This document shows, piece after piece, positions 38,174 through 51,759 of a stretch of 64,000 nt of DNA (position 1 is its first letter; every line of letters starts with the position of its first letter). The translations under genes were made by a program, and so were the position numbers. The stretch comes from Neoechinorhynchus agilis. Taxonomy: Eukaryota > Animalia > Acanthocephala. The DNA is taken from NCBI GenBank assembly GCA_051530055.1, contig CM121341.1, forward strand, positions 2,407,561-2,471,560, given 5' to 3'. The notes beneath the pieces are model-generated. The model saw only the letters and a program-made list of their open reading frames with translations. It made no database searches and had not been told where the DNA came from.

Positions 38174-41100
38174 TTCAGGCTTTTTACATTTTTGGATAAA
38201 ATGTTCTTAACTTTCTCTTTCTAGAAGGATCGAGAAAATAGTGCTGCATAATATTTAACAAAAATCCATTGCTTTGCTTTAACTAATAATACGTTTAATG
38301 TTACAGTGCCTGCGATCATACCACGCTGATAAAATGCACCAGTTCTAGTCGTCAGATCACTGCAGTTAAGCAGCGTAGGGCTCGGTTAGTACTTGGACTT
38401 GGGAGACCGCTTGGGAATACCGAGTGTTGCAGGCTTTTTACATTTTTGGATAAAATGTTCTTAACTTTCTCTTTCTAGAAGGATCATTGAAAATCGATTC
38501 TAGTGCTGTATAATAAACTATTTTGAATTCTAACAAAAATCCATTGCTTTGCTTTAACTAATAATACGTTTAATGTTACAGTGCCTGCGATCATACCACG
38601 CTGAATGCACCAGTTCTCGTCAGATCACTGCAGTTAAGCAGCGTAGGGCTCGGTTAGTACTTGGATGGGAGACCGCTTGGGAATACCGAGTGTTGCAGGC
38701 TTTTTACATTTTTGGATAAAATGTTCTTAACTTTCTCTTTCTAGAAGGATCATTGAAAATCGATTCTAGTGCTGTATAATAAACTATTTTGAATTCTAAC
38801 AAAAATCCATTGCTTTGCTTTAACTAATAATACGTTTAATGTTACAGTGCCTGCGATCATACCACGCTGAATGCACCAGTTCTCGTCAGATCACTGCAGT
38901 TAAGCAGCGTAGGGCTCGGTTAGTACTTGGATGGGAGACCGCTTGGGAATACCGAGTGTTGCAGGCTTTTTACATTTTTGGATAAAATGTTCTTAACTTT
39001 CTCTTTCTAGAAGGATCATTGAAAATCGATTCTAGTGCTGTATAATAAACTATTTTGAATTCTAACAAAAATCCATTGCTTTGCTTTAACTAATAATACG
39101 TTTAATGTTACAGTGCCTGCGATCATACCACGCTGAATGCACCAGTTCTCGTCAGATCACTGCAGTTAAGCAGCGTAGGGCTCGGTTAGTACTTGGATGG
39201 GAGACCGCTTGGGAATACCGAGTGTTGCAGGCTTTTTACATTTTTGGATAAAATGTTCTTAACTTTCTCTTTCTAGAAGGATCATTGAAAATCGATTCTA
39301 GTGCTGTATAATAAACTATTTTGAATTCTAACAAAAATCCATTGCTTTGCTTTAACTAATAATACGTTTAATGTTACAGTGCCTGCGATCATACCACGCT
39401 GAATGCACCAGTTCTCGTCAGATCACTGCAGTTAAGCAGCGTAGGGCTCGGTTAGTACTTGGATGGGAGACCGCTTGGGAATACCGAGTGTTGCAGGCTT
39501 TTTACATTTTTGGATAAAATGTTCTTAACTTTCTCTTTCTAGAAGGATCATTGAAAATCGATTCTAGTGCTGTATAATAAACTATTTTGAATTCTAACAA
39601 AAATCCATTGCTTTGCTTTTTACATTTTTTAACTAATAATACGTTTAATGTTACAGTGCCTGCGATCATACCACGCTGAATGCACCAGTTCTCGTCAGAT
39701 CACTGCAGTTAAGCAGCGTAGGGCTCGGTTAGTACTTGGATGGGAGACCGCTTGGGAATACCGAGTGTTGCAGGCTTTTTACATTTTTGGATAAAATGTT
39801 CTTAACTTTCTCTTTCTAGAAGGATCATTGAAAATCGATTCTAGTGCTGTATAATAAACTGGATATTTTGAATTCTAACAAAAATCCATTGCTTTGCTTT
39901 AACTAATAATACGTTTAATGTTACAGTGCCTGCGATCATACCACGCTGAATGCACCAGTTCTCGTCAGATCACTGCAGTTAAGCAGCGTAGGGCTCGGTT
40001 AGTACTTGGATGGGAGACCGCTTGGGAATACCGAGTGTTGCAGGCTTTTTACATTTTTGGATAAAATGTTCTTAACTTTCTCTTTCTAGAAGGATCATTG
40101 AAAATCGATTCTAGTGCTGTATAATAAACTATTTTGAATTCTAACAAAAATCCATTGCTTTGCTTTAACTAATAATACGTTTAATGTTACAGTGCCTGCG
40201 ATCATACCACGCTGAATGCACCAGTTCTCGTCAGATCACTGCAGTTAAGCAGCGTAGGGCTCGGTTAGTACTTGGATGGGAGACCGCTTGGGAATACCGA
40301 GTGTTGCAGGCTTTTTACATTTTTGGATAAAATGTTCTTAACTTTCTCTTTCTAGAAGGATCATTGAAAATCGATTCTAGTGCTGTATAATAAACTATTT
40401 TGAATTCTAACAAAAATCCATTGCTTTGCTTTAACTAATAATACGTTTAATGTTACAGTGCCTGCGATCATACCACGCTGAATGCACCAGTTCTCGTCAG
40501 ATCACTGCAGTTAAGCAGCGTAGGGCTCGGTTAGTACTTGGATGGGAGACCGCTTGGGAATACCGAGTGTTGCAGGCTTTTTACATTTTTGGATAAAATG
40601 TTCTTAACTTTCTCTTTCTTTCTAGAAGGATCATTGAAAATCGATTCTAGTGCTGTATAATAAACTATTTTGAATTCTAACAAAAATCCATTGCTTTGCT
40701 TTAACTAATAATACGTTTAATGTTACAGTGCCTGCGATCATACCACGCTGAATGCACCAGTTCTCGTCAGATCACTGCAGTTAAGCAGCGTAGGGCTCGG
40801 TTAGTACTTGGATGGGAGACCGCTTGGGAATACCGAGTGTTGCAGGCTTTTTACATTTTTGGATAAAATGTTCTTAACTTTCTCTTTCTAGAAGGATCAT
40901 TGAAAATCGATTCTAGTGCTGTATAATAAACTATATTGAATTCTAACAAAAATCCATTGCTTTGCTTTAACTAATAATACGTTTAATGTTACAGTGCCTG
41001 CGATCATACCACGCTGAATGCACCAGTTCTCGTCAGATCACTGCAGCTAAGCAGCGTAGGGCTCGGTTAGTACTTGGATTGGAGACCGCTTGGGAATACC

Positions 41101-44100
41101 GAGTGTTGCAGGCTTTTTACATTTTTGGATAAAATGTTCTTAACTTTCTCTTTCTAGAAGGATCATTGAAAATCGATTCTAGTGCTGTATAATAAACTAT
41201 TTTGAATTCTAAAAAAAATCCATTGCTTTGCTTTAACTAATAATACATTTAATGTTACAGTGCCTGCGATCATACCACGCTGAAAGCACCAGTTCTCGTC
41301 AGATCACTGCAGTTAAGCAGCGCAGGGCTCGGTTAGTACTTGGATGGGAGACCGCTTGGGAATACCGAGTGTTACGAGCACCATTTTTGTATAAAATGTT
41401 CTTAACTTTCTCTTTCTAGAAGAATCATTGAAAATCGATTCTAGTGCTGTATAATAAACTATTTTTAATTCTAACAAAAAGGCGTTGCTTTGCTTTAACT
41501 AATAATACGTTTAATGTTACAGTGCCTGCGATCATACCACGCTGAAAGCACCAGTTCTCGTCAGATCACTGCAGTTAAGCAGCGTAGGGCTCGGTTAGTA
41601 CTTGGATGGGAGACCGCTTGGGAATACCGAGTGTTGCAGGCTTTTTACATTTTTGTATAAAATGTTCTTAACTTTCTCTTTCTAGAAGGATCATTGAAAA
41701 TCGATTCTAGTGCTGTATAATAAACTATTTTTAATTCTAACAAAAATCCATTGCTTTGCTTTAACTAATAATACGTTTAATGTTACAGTACCTGCGATCA
41801 TACCACGCTGAAAGCACCAGTTCTCGTCAGATCCATACGTTCATGGCAACGAGGCTCGGTTAGTACTTGGATGGGAGACCGCTTGGGAATACCGAGTGTT
41901 GCAGGCTTTTTACATTTTTGTATAAAATGTTCTTAACTTTCTCTTTCTAGAAGGATCATTGAAAATCGATTCTAGTGCTGTATAATAAACTATTTTGAAT
42001 TCTAACAAAAAGCCGTTGCTTTGCTTTAACTAATAATACATTTAATGTAACAGTGCCTGCGATCATACCACGCTGAATGCACCAGTTCTCGTCAGATCAC
42101 TGCAGTTAAGCAGCGTAGGGCTCGGTTAGTACTGTGATGGGAGACCGCTTGGGAATACCGAGTGTTGCAGGCTTTTTACATTTTTGTATAAAATGTTCTT
42201 AACTTTCTCTTTCTAGAAGGATCATTGAAAATCGATTCTAGTGCTGTATAATAAACTATTTTGAATTCTAACAAAAAGCCGTTGCTTTGCTTTAACTAAT
42301 AATACATTTAATGTTACAGTGCCTGCGATCGCTAGATACAGTTCTCGTCAGATCACCAGTTAAGCAGCGTAAGCTCGGTTAGTACTTGGATAGGAGACCG
42401 TTGGGAATACCGAGTGTTACAGGCTTTACATTTGTATAAAATGTTCTTAACTTTCCTCTTTCTAAGAGGATCATTGAAAATCGATTCTAGTGCTGTATAA
42501 TAAACTATTTTGAATTCTAACAAAAATCCATTGCTTTGCTTTAACTAATAATACGTTTAATGTTACAGTGCCTGCGACCATACCACGCTGAAAGCACCAG
42601 TTCTCGTCAGATCACTGCAGTTAAGCAGCGTAGGGCTCGGTTAGTACTTGGATGGGAGACCGCTTGGGAATACCGAGTGTTGCAGGCTTTTTACATTTTT
42701 GGATAAAATGTTCTTAACTTTCTCTTTCTAGAGGGATCATTGAAAATCGATTCTAGTGCTGTATAATAAACTATTTTGAATTCTAACAAAAATCCATTGC
42801 TTTGCTTTAACTAATAATACGTTTAATGTTACAGTGCCTGCGAACATACCACGCTGAATGCACCAGTTCTCGTCAGATCACTGCAGTTAAGCAGCGTAGG
42901 GCTCGGTTAGTACTTGGATGGGAGACCGCTTGGGAATACCGAGTGTTGCAGGCTTTTTGCATTTTTGGATAAAATGTTCTTAACTTTCTCTTTCTAGAAG
43001 GATCGTTGAAAATCGATTCTAGTTTTCTTATGTCGGCTATTTTGGATTTTAACAAAAGCCGTTGCTTTGCTTTGCTAATAATACATTTGATGGCCGTTTT
43101 TGATGTACCACTAATTTTCAATTCTCCATCAGATCACTGCTAAGCAGCGTAGGGCTCAGTTAGTACTTGGATGGGAGACCGCTTGGGAATACCGAGTGTT
43201 GCAGGCTTTTTACATTTGCTAGGTATTCTTAACTCTCTTTCTAGAAGGATCGTGAAAATCAGGGACATAAGTAACATAGTAAACTATTTTTAATTCTAGC
43301 AAAAATTGTTGCTTTGCTTTAACAATAATACGTTTAATGTTACAGTGCCAGCATTCTTTACACGCTAGGTGCACCAGTTCTCGTCAGATCACTGCGATTA
43401 AACGTGGTGTCCGAATGATTCAATGCCGGATAGAACCATCTTGGGAATACCGATTGTTGCAGGCTTTTTGCATTTTTGGATAAAATGTTCTTAACTTTCT
43501 CTTTCTAGAAGGATCATTGAAAATCGATTCTAGTGCTGTATAATAAACTATTTTGAATTCTAACAAAAAGCCGTTGCTTTGCTTTAACTAATAATACGTT
43601 TAATGTTACAGTGCCAGCGATCATACCACGCTGAATGCACCAGTTCTCGTCAGATCACTGCAGTTAAGCAGCGTTGGGCTCGGTTAGTACTTGGATGGGA
43701 GACCGCTTGGGAATACCGAGCGTTGCAGGCTTTTTACATTTTTGGATAAAATGTTCTTAACTTTCTCTTTCTAGAAGGATCATTGAAAATCGATTCTAGT
43801 GCTGTATAATAAACTATATTGAATTCTAACAAAAATCCATTGCTTTGCTTTAACTAATAATACATTTAATGTTACAGTGCAGCGATCATACCACGCTGAA
43901 TGCACCGGTTCTCGTCAGATCACTGTAGTTAAGCAGCGTAGGGCTCGGTTAGTACTTGGATGGGAGACCGCTTGGGAACACCGAAAAAGAAGAAGAAGAA
44001 GAAGAAGAAGAAGAAGAAGAAGAAGAAGAAAGAAAGAAGAAAGGGTATATTTTGAGCTTTTTACATTTGGATGGAAATGTTCTTAACTTCTCTTTCTAGA

Positions 44101-47100
44101 AGGATCATTGAAAATCGATTCTAAGGTATAATAAACTATTTTAGTTAACAAAAATCCATTGCTTTGCTTTAACTGATAATACATGTTACAGTGCCTGCAT
44201 TCATACCACGCTGAAAGCACCAGTTCTCGTCAGATCATAGGTCAAAGCAGCGTAGGGCTCGGTTAGTACTTGGATGGGAGACCGCTTGGGAATACCGAGT
44301 GTTGCAGGCTTTTTACATTTTTGGATAAAATGTTCTTAACTTTCTCTTTCTAGAAGGATCGTTGAAAATCGATTCTAGTGCTGTATAATAAACTATTTTG
44401 AATTCTAACAAAAATCCATTGCTTTGCTTTAACTAATAATACGTTTAATGTTACAGTGCCAGCGATCATACCACGCTGAATGCACCAGTTCTCGTCAGAT
44501 CACTGCAGTTAAGCAGCGTAGGGCTCGGTTAGTACTTGGATGGGAGACCGCTTGGGAATACCGAGTGTTGCAGGCTTTTTACATTTTTGGATAAAATGTT
44601 CTTAACTTTCTCTTTCTAGAAGGATCATTGAAAATCGATTCTAGTGCTGTATAGTAAACTATTAATAAATTCTAACAAAAATCCATTGCTTTGCTTTAAC
44701 TAATAATACGTTTAATGTTACAGTGCCAGCGATCATACCACGCTGAATGCACCAGTTCTCGTCAGATCACTGCAGTTAAGCAGCGTAGGGCTCGGTTAGT
44801 ACTTGGATGGGAGACCGCTTGGGAATACCGAGTGTTGCAGGCTTTTTACATTTTTGGATAAAATGTTCTTAACATTCTCTTTCTAGAAGGATCATTGAAA
44901 ATCGATTCTAGTGCTGTATAATAAACTATATTGAATTCTAACAAAAATCCATTGCTTTGCTTTAACTAATAATACATTTAATGTTACAGTGCCTGCGATC
45001 ATACCACGCTGAATGCACCAGTTCTCGCCAGATCACTGCAGTTAAGCAGCGCAGGGCTCGGTTAATACTTGGATGGGAGACCGCTTGGGAATACCGAGTG
45101 TTGCAGGCTTTTTACATTTTTGGATAAAATGTTCTTAACTTTCTCTTTCTAGAAGGATCATTGAAAATCGATTCTAGTGCTGTATAATAAACTATATATT
45201 GAATTCTAACAAAAATCCATTGCTTTGCTTTAACTAATAATACGTTTAATGTTACAGTGCCTGCGATCATACCACGCGGAAAGCACCAGTTCTCGTCGGA
45301 TCACTGCAGTTAAGCAGCGCAGGACTCGGTTAGTACTTGGATGGGAGACCGCTTGGGAATACCGAGTGTTGCAGGCTTTTTACATTTTTGGATAAAATGT
45401 TCTTAACTTTCTCTTTCTAGAAGGATCATTGAAAATCGATTCTAGTGCTGTATAATAAACTATTTTGAATTCTAACGAAAATCCATTGCTTTGCTTTAAC
45501 TAATAATACATTTAATGTTACAGTGCCTGCGATCATACCACGCTGAATGCACCAGTTCTCGTCAGATCACTGCAGTTAAGCAGCGTAGGGCTCGGTTAGT
45601 ACTTGGATGGGAGACCGCTTGGGAACACCGAGTGTTGCAGGCTTTTTACATTTTTGTATAAAATGTTCTTAACTTTCTCTTTCTAGAAGGATCATTGAAA
45701 ATCGATTCTAGTGCTGTATAATAAACTATTTTGAATTCTAACAAAAATCCATTGCTTTGCTTTAACTAATAATACGTTTAATGTTACAGCGCCTGCGATC
45801 ATACCACGCTGAATGCACCAGTTCTCGTCAGATCACTGCAGTTAAGCAGCGTAGGGCTCGGTTAGTACTTGGATGGGAGACCGCTTGGTAATACCGAGTG
45901 TTGCAGGCTTTTTACATTTTTGGATAAAATGTTCTTAACTTTCTCTTTCTAGAAGGATCATTGAAAATCGATTCTAGTGCTGTATAATAAACTATTTTGA
46001 ATTCTAACAAAAATCCATTGCTTTGCTTTAACTAATAATACAGTTAATGTTACAGTGCCTGATCATACACCGCTGAAAGCACCAGTTCTCGTCAGATCAC
46101 TGCAGTTAAGCAGCGTAGGGCTCGGTTAGTACTTGGATGGGAGACCGCTTGGGTATACCGAAGTGTTGCGAACTTTACATTTTTGTATAAAATGTTCTTA
46201 ACTTTCTCTTTCTAGAAGGATCATTGAAAATCGATTCCAGTGCTGTATAATAAACTATTTTGAATTCTAACAAAAATCCATTGCTTTGCTTTAACTAATA
46301 ATACGTTTAATGTTACAGTGCCTGCGATCATACCACGCTGAAAGCACCAGTTCTCGTCAGATCACTGCAGTTAAGCAGCGTTGGGCTCGGTTAGTACTTG
46401 GATGGGAGACCGCTTGGGAATACCGATTGTTGCAGGCTTTTTACATTTTTGGATAAAATGTTCTTAACTTTCTCTTTCTAGAAGGATCATTGAAAATCGA
46501 TTCTAGTGCTGTATAATAAACTATTTTGAATTCTAACAAAAATCCATTGCTTTGCTTTAACTAATAATACATTTAATGTTACAGTGCCTGCGATCATACC
46601 ACGCTTAATGCACCAGTTCTCGTCAGATCGCTGCAGTTAAGCAGCGTAGGGCTCGGTTAGTACTTGGATGGGAGACCGCTTATGAATACCGAGTGTTGCA
46701 GGCTTTTTACATTTTTGGATAAAATGTTCTTAACTTTCTCTTTCTAGAAGGATCATTGAAAATCGATTCTAGTGCTGTATAGTAAACTATTTTTAATTCT
46801 AACAGTAAAATTGCTTTGCTTTAACTAATAATACGTTTAATGTGCCGTGCAAGCGTCATACCACGCTGAATGCACCAGTTCTCGTCAGATCACTGCAGTT
46901 AAGCAGCGTTGGGCTCGGTTAGTACTTGGATGGGAGACCGCTTGGGAATACCGATTGTTGCAGGCTTTTTACATTTTTGGATAAAATGTTCTTAACCTTC
47001 TCTTTCTAGAAGGATCATTGAAAATCGATTCTAGTGCTGTATAGTAAACTATTTTTAATTCTAACAAAAATCCATTGCTTTGCTTTAACTAATAATACGT

Positions 47101-47365
47101 TTAATGTTACAGTGCCTGCGATCATACCACGCTGAATGCACCAGTTCTCGTCAGATCACTGCAGTTAAGCAGCGTAGGGCTCGGTTAGTACATGGAAGGG
47201 AGACCGCTTGGGAATACCGAGTGTTGCTGGCTTTTTACATTTTTGTATAAAATGTTCTTAACTTTCTCTTTCTAGAAGGATCATTGAAAATCGATTCTAG
47301 TGCTGTATAATAAACTATTTTGAATTCTAACAAAAATCCATTGCTTTGCTTTAACTAATAATACG
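38174..47365 (+). rRNA. 5S rDNA tandem array, ~34 copies, unit ~266 bp; some copies degenerate
   Basis: Repeated 119-nt GCCTGCGATCATACCACGCTG...GGTTAGTACTTGGATGGGAGACCGCTTGGGAATACCGAGTGTTGCAGGC followed by a TTTTT Pol III terminator. Representative copy 38849-38967. Confidence 0.97.
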
Positions 47366-47479
47366 GTAATTTCCAATAAATATTATCGAAAAAATTCTAC
47401 GTCACATTACGCCACGTAAGAATGTCTTAGTCAATGTTTCCTTATGGTTTCTTATGGTCTTCATATTCAATTTATCTAA

Positions 47480-48421
47480 ATGGGATTACCTGGAAGAGCT
47501 CGTGGTGGAGGACGTGGTGGATTCGGCGGTCGTGGTCGTGGTGATGGACGCGGTCGGGGGCGTGGAGGATTCGGGGGTCCCTTTAAAGGAGGTCGAGGAA
47601 GTGGTGGTCGTGGTGGTGGTCGTGGTGGTCGTGGTGGTGGTGGTGGATTCGGCGCAAAACGGTCTTCGAATAAAGTAGTGGTTGAGCCTCATCGTCATCC
47701 TGGGATATTCGTCGGTAGTACAGGCAAAGAGGATCTTTTACTGACGAAAAATTTGGCTCCAGGATCAAGCGTTTACGGTGAGAAATTGATAGTAGTTGAA
47801 TCGGGTCCGACGGATGCGACATCTACGGACAACATAAAGACTGAATATCGTGTGTGGAATCCGTTTCGTTCAAAATTAGCAGCGGCGATTTTGAGTGGAG
47901 TTGCTGATATTGGTATTAAGCCTGGGAGTACTGTATTGTATTTGGGAGCGGCATCCGGTACAACTGTTTCTCATGTAAGCGACATTGTCGGTCCAAGCGG
48001 TCTTGTTTACGCAGTTGAGTTCAGTACACGATCAGGTCGCGATTTACTCACTGTCGCAAAGAAACGGACGAACATTGTTCCAATCATTGACGACGCTCGT
48101 CATCCGCTCAAATATCGAATGTTGATGGGAATGGTAGATTGTGTGTTTGCCGATGTCGCACAACCGGATCAAGCGAGAATTCTTGCTTTAAACGTTCATC
48201 ATTATCTAAAAGGAGGAGGACATTTTGTGATATCCATCAAAGCGAGTTGTATTGACAGTACGGCAGCGCCTGAAGCTGTTTTCGCTCAAGAGGTTAAGAA
48301 ACTTAAACAAGAAAGGCTGAAACCACGAGAACAAGTGAGTCTTGAACCATTCGAACGAGATCATGCCGTTGTTATCGGTATTTATAAGCCAATGAAAGTG
48401 GAGCCACAAAACGAACAATGA
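47480..48421 (+). CDS. FBL: Fibrillarin (rRNA 2'-O-methyltransferase), intronless
   Basis: N-terminal GAR domain, [69 protein letters not shown]. Confidence 0.98.
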   Translation: MGLPGRARGGGRGGFGGRGRGDGRGRGRGGFGGPFKGGRGSGGRGGGRGGRGGGGGFGAKRSSNKVVVEPHRHPGIFVGSTGKEDLLLTKNLAPGSSVYGEKLIVVESGPTDATSTDNIKTEYRVWNPFRSKLAAAILSGVADIGIKPGSTVLYLGAASGTTVSHVSDIVGPSGLVYAVEFSTRSGRDLLTVAKKRTNIVPIIDDARHPLKYRMLMGMVDCVFADVAQPDQARILALNVHHYLKGGGHFVISIKASCIDSTAAPEAVFAQEVKKLKQERLKPREQVSLEPFERDHAVVIGIYKPMKVEPQNEQ

Positions 48422-48516
48422 ACTCAATTATATCTTTTTGTGTGTATTGAAAAAAAGAGAGAAGGTGATTTAGTCCCCTTTTTTTAACTAAACTCGGGTT
48501 CCATCGGTCTGTAAAC

Positions 48517-50480
48517 TTAGGACCGGACATTATTCGGATACAAATATTTTTCGGATAACACAAAACCCTTTTTGGAGTAGAATTATATAATTTTAACTTT
48601 TTTGTCGAAAATAATCACGGTGCTCCATTGCACTGTCTCTTGTTCTTTTCCTGCAAGATCTTTGATTCTCTTTATAGCAACAGTAAATGAATGAGACAAT
48701 AATCTGGATAAAATTGACGGTTCAATTAATTGAAGTTTCATTGTATTTTTACCTTAAGAAACAATTTCCCCCCAAAAACAACCTCTAAGTTCGTTTCCCT
48801 TGAAAGTATCCGAAAAGTTTTCATTATAGCAAAATTGGGATTTTAAATTCTGAAAATTAAATAGAGTAGAACGCCATTTATACGCGAATGGATTAGGACC
48901 GGGCATTATTCGGATACAAATATTTTTTGATTACACAAAACCCTTTTTTGAGTAGAATTATATAATTTTAACTTTTTTGTCGAAAATAATCACGGTGCTC
49001 TTTTGCACTGTCTCTTGTTCTTTTCCTGGAAGATCTTTGATTCTCTTTATAGCAACAGTAAATGAATGAGACAATAATCTGGATAAAATTGACGGTTCAA
49101 TTAATTGAAGTTTCATTGTATTTTTACCTTAAGAAACAATTTCCCCCCAATAAACAACCTCTAAGTTCGTTTCCTTTGAAAGTATCCGAAAAGTTTTCAT
49201 TATAGCAAAATTGGGATTTTAAATTCTGAAAATTAAATAGAGTAGAACGCCATTTATACGCGAATGGATTAGGACCGGGCATTATTCGGATACAAAATTT
49301 TCTTAACACAAAACCTGAAGAATAGGAAAATTATGGTCGTTATTTATGGAAATAATCGCTCATTTGATCTCTGTTCTTCCTTGAAGATCTTGTTTTTTTG
49401 TAGCTGCAGAAATGACGACATTATGATCTGGATAAAATTGACGGTTCGATTAATTGAAGTTTCATTGTATTTTTACCTTAAGAAACAATTTTCCCCCACA
49501 AAACAACCTCTAAATTCGATTTCTTTTGAAGTATCCGAAAAGTATTCATTATAATAAATTTCAAATTGGGATGCTAAATTCTGAAAATTTAATGGACCAG
49601 AACGCCGCTTATAAGCGAAATCCCTTCCGATCAACCACTTCTTCCTGTTCCTATCAATCGTGTCTCCTCTGTTCGTATCCTTGGTATCAATTTTCACGAA
49701 AATCTAAAGTGAAACACGCACATATCAATTTCGTTACATAAAGGTTCTATTAAACTATCTTCTTAAACGGCTCCGATTCCTTGGATTATCATCCAAAGAC
49801 CTTAAGCACCTTTATAACAACGGCATTCTCCCAACGATCACCTATGCATATCGAGCCTTCTGCAATTTCTCTTCTAAACTATTCAAAAAACTTAATACAT
49901 TTCGCAAGAGTTGCGCTCCAACCTCCGAACTCGTGCCCTTAGAAAAACATCCCTTTCAGCGCCTTCATTCTCTTGTTTTTCTTCAATTTCCACCACACAT
50001 TTCTCCTTTTACTCACACTTACAACATTCGCCCCCGCCCAATATTTTCTATCGTTAAGTTCCTCGCACAAATCTCTACCTCTGCTCTGTCTTCCCCCACC
50101 GCTCAATCTTCCAAATGCGAATTGATTCGGAGGAGTGAATGGAAAACAACAACTAACAATTAACCAACCAAAATCAACTTAGTACAAGATTCACTGGTTA
50201 CCTAACATACAAGGTTCAGTAACTTGTACTTCTTATTTTAAATAAAACGTGTTTATATTATATAGACCGGAAATTATTCGGAAAGGATTTTTTTGGGATA
50301 ACCCAAAACCCGCTGGGGAGTGGTTTAAGAGAAGTAAAACTAGTCGAAAATAATCTCTTATTTGATCTCTGTGCTCCATTGCACTGTTTCTTGTTCTTTT
50401 CCTGCAAGATCTTTGATTCTCTTTATAGCAATAGTAGCTAAGACAGGCGCTTCCCATAAAATTGACGGTTCTATAAATCG
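48517..50480. repeat. ~375-bp tandem repeat (~3 copies), interrupted by a LINE fragment and resuming at ~50262
   Basis: TTAGGACCGG(A/G)CATTATTCGGATACAAA at ~48517, 48893 and 49269. A diverged unit follows at 50262-50480 (GTGCTCCATTGCACTG...GCAAGATCTTTGATTCTC). Confidence 0.85.
49620..50245 (+). mobile_element. 5'-truncated L2/CR1-like LINE 3' end
   Basis: RVSSVRILGINFHENLK..H, KRLRFLGLSSKDLKHLY..ILPTITYA (RT C-terminal region), then a 3' UTR ending near AATAAA. Confidence 0.72.
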
Positions 50481-50552
50481 ACGTCCCACTGTACTTTTAA
50501 GTGGATTCTTGTAGTCCTGGTGTCTTCCTTCGGAACTGGGGGACTTTCATCT

Positions 50553-50723
50553 TTAGAATTATTGTTCAGAAGTCTAAACCCGCAGTAAATGATTATTTGG
50601 ATTAAAAACGTTTAGAACCTCGTCGGGTTCATCATCAGTCTGTTTGTACCCGATGAGGTTCTAAACGTCTTTAATCGAAATAATCATTTACTGTGAGTGT
50701 AGACTTCTAAACAATAATTCTAA
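50553..50723. mobile_element. Near-perfect ~170-bp palindromic element containing a hammerhead-like core (minus strand 50607-50638)
   Basis: Arms TTAGAATTATTGTTCAGAAGTCTA...GAACCTCGTCGGGT / ACCCGATGAGGTTC...TAGACTTCTAAACAATAATTCTAA. Minus strand reads CTGATGA-T-GAACC-cgacga-GGTTC-TAAA-CGTT. Confidence 0.75.
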
Positions 50724-51759
50724 TCACATTCCCCGGTACCTCACATATCGACACTTTCATCCTTATTCCTGGTTGTGGTTTCGTCGTTTATTATCCAAGT
50801 TGCCAATATCGATTTGTGTCATTCTAATGAATTTTAATACGGATTCTGTTCTAGAAAAATATCTTACAATTCAGACGCGCCAGCGAATCGTTATCCTTTA
50901 GTAAAACCGAATTCCAAAAAGGGATACGAATGAAAATAACTCGCGACCGATTGTTCCCTTAGATGCTAATGGAATTTAATTTCGATTTATTGGTAGATTT
51001 TTCGTCTATTTGTAGAGCACAGAAAACAATTTTGTTATATTTTCCATTCTTTTATTATTCCTGTGCATCGAATTAAACTTTGGGTTTTGTAAGATGCGCG
51101 TAAGGAAACTTTAGGTAAAATTAAGCTCTGTTGGAGAAAAAGATAGATTTAAACATCTCTCGAAGGTGAAACTTTGATCTAATTTCTTTTGCCTACTTTT
51201 AAATCTATGCTCGTTTTGATCCATTTTTTCCAGGATGTCCCAAAAAAATTATACACACTTTAAATAAATGTAAATTTAAGGTTTATCATAATTTTTAATA
51301 ACTTTCAACATGTAAAACATTGTAGAAATATCATTATTGTTATCACGTGTTCTCAAACTGATGTTCGTTCGGCGCCAGATACTGCTCATAATGCGAAGTT
51401 ATGGAATAGCACAAATGATGAAGCAATTCCCTTGGTTTATTCGTACATTCATGACCAATAAATGCCTTCGATTGAACAACTGTTGCATAAAAAGAAGTTT
51501 TTTTCTTAGTTATACCACCCCCGGATTTATTTCAGATATTTCGCCAAGGTTTCTCATTAGTGCGGATAAAACACATCAGTAAATTTTTGAATCAAACCCC
51601 TCTGTCCAAATCTTTTTGACAAAATTTCATCAAGAAAGGATGGAAAGATGATTTTGAAATGAGAACCTCACGACTTCGTCGAAACATTTCCAGTAATCTT
51701 TCTTCTTTTGCGTAGCTTCATACTCTTCTCTAATTCGAGTGATGGTAATTCGTGTAGAT

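Noticed and set aside
38968-39114. Spliced-leader RNA gene in the 5S spacer
   Set aside because: No recognisable SL exon, donor plus Sm-site arrangement in the ~147-bp AT-rich spacer by eye; an Infernal search would be needed to exclude it fully.
43877-44086. 69-aa ORF with a poly-Arg run
   Set aside because: Translation of a 5S copy plus the (GAA)n tract.
47454-47698. Poly-Thr and poly-Val ORFs
   Set aside because: Antisense and alternate-frame shadows of the fibrillarin GAR domain.
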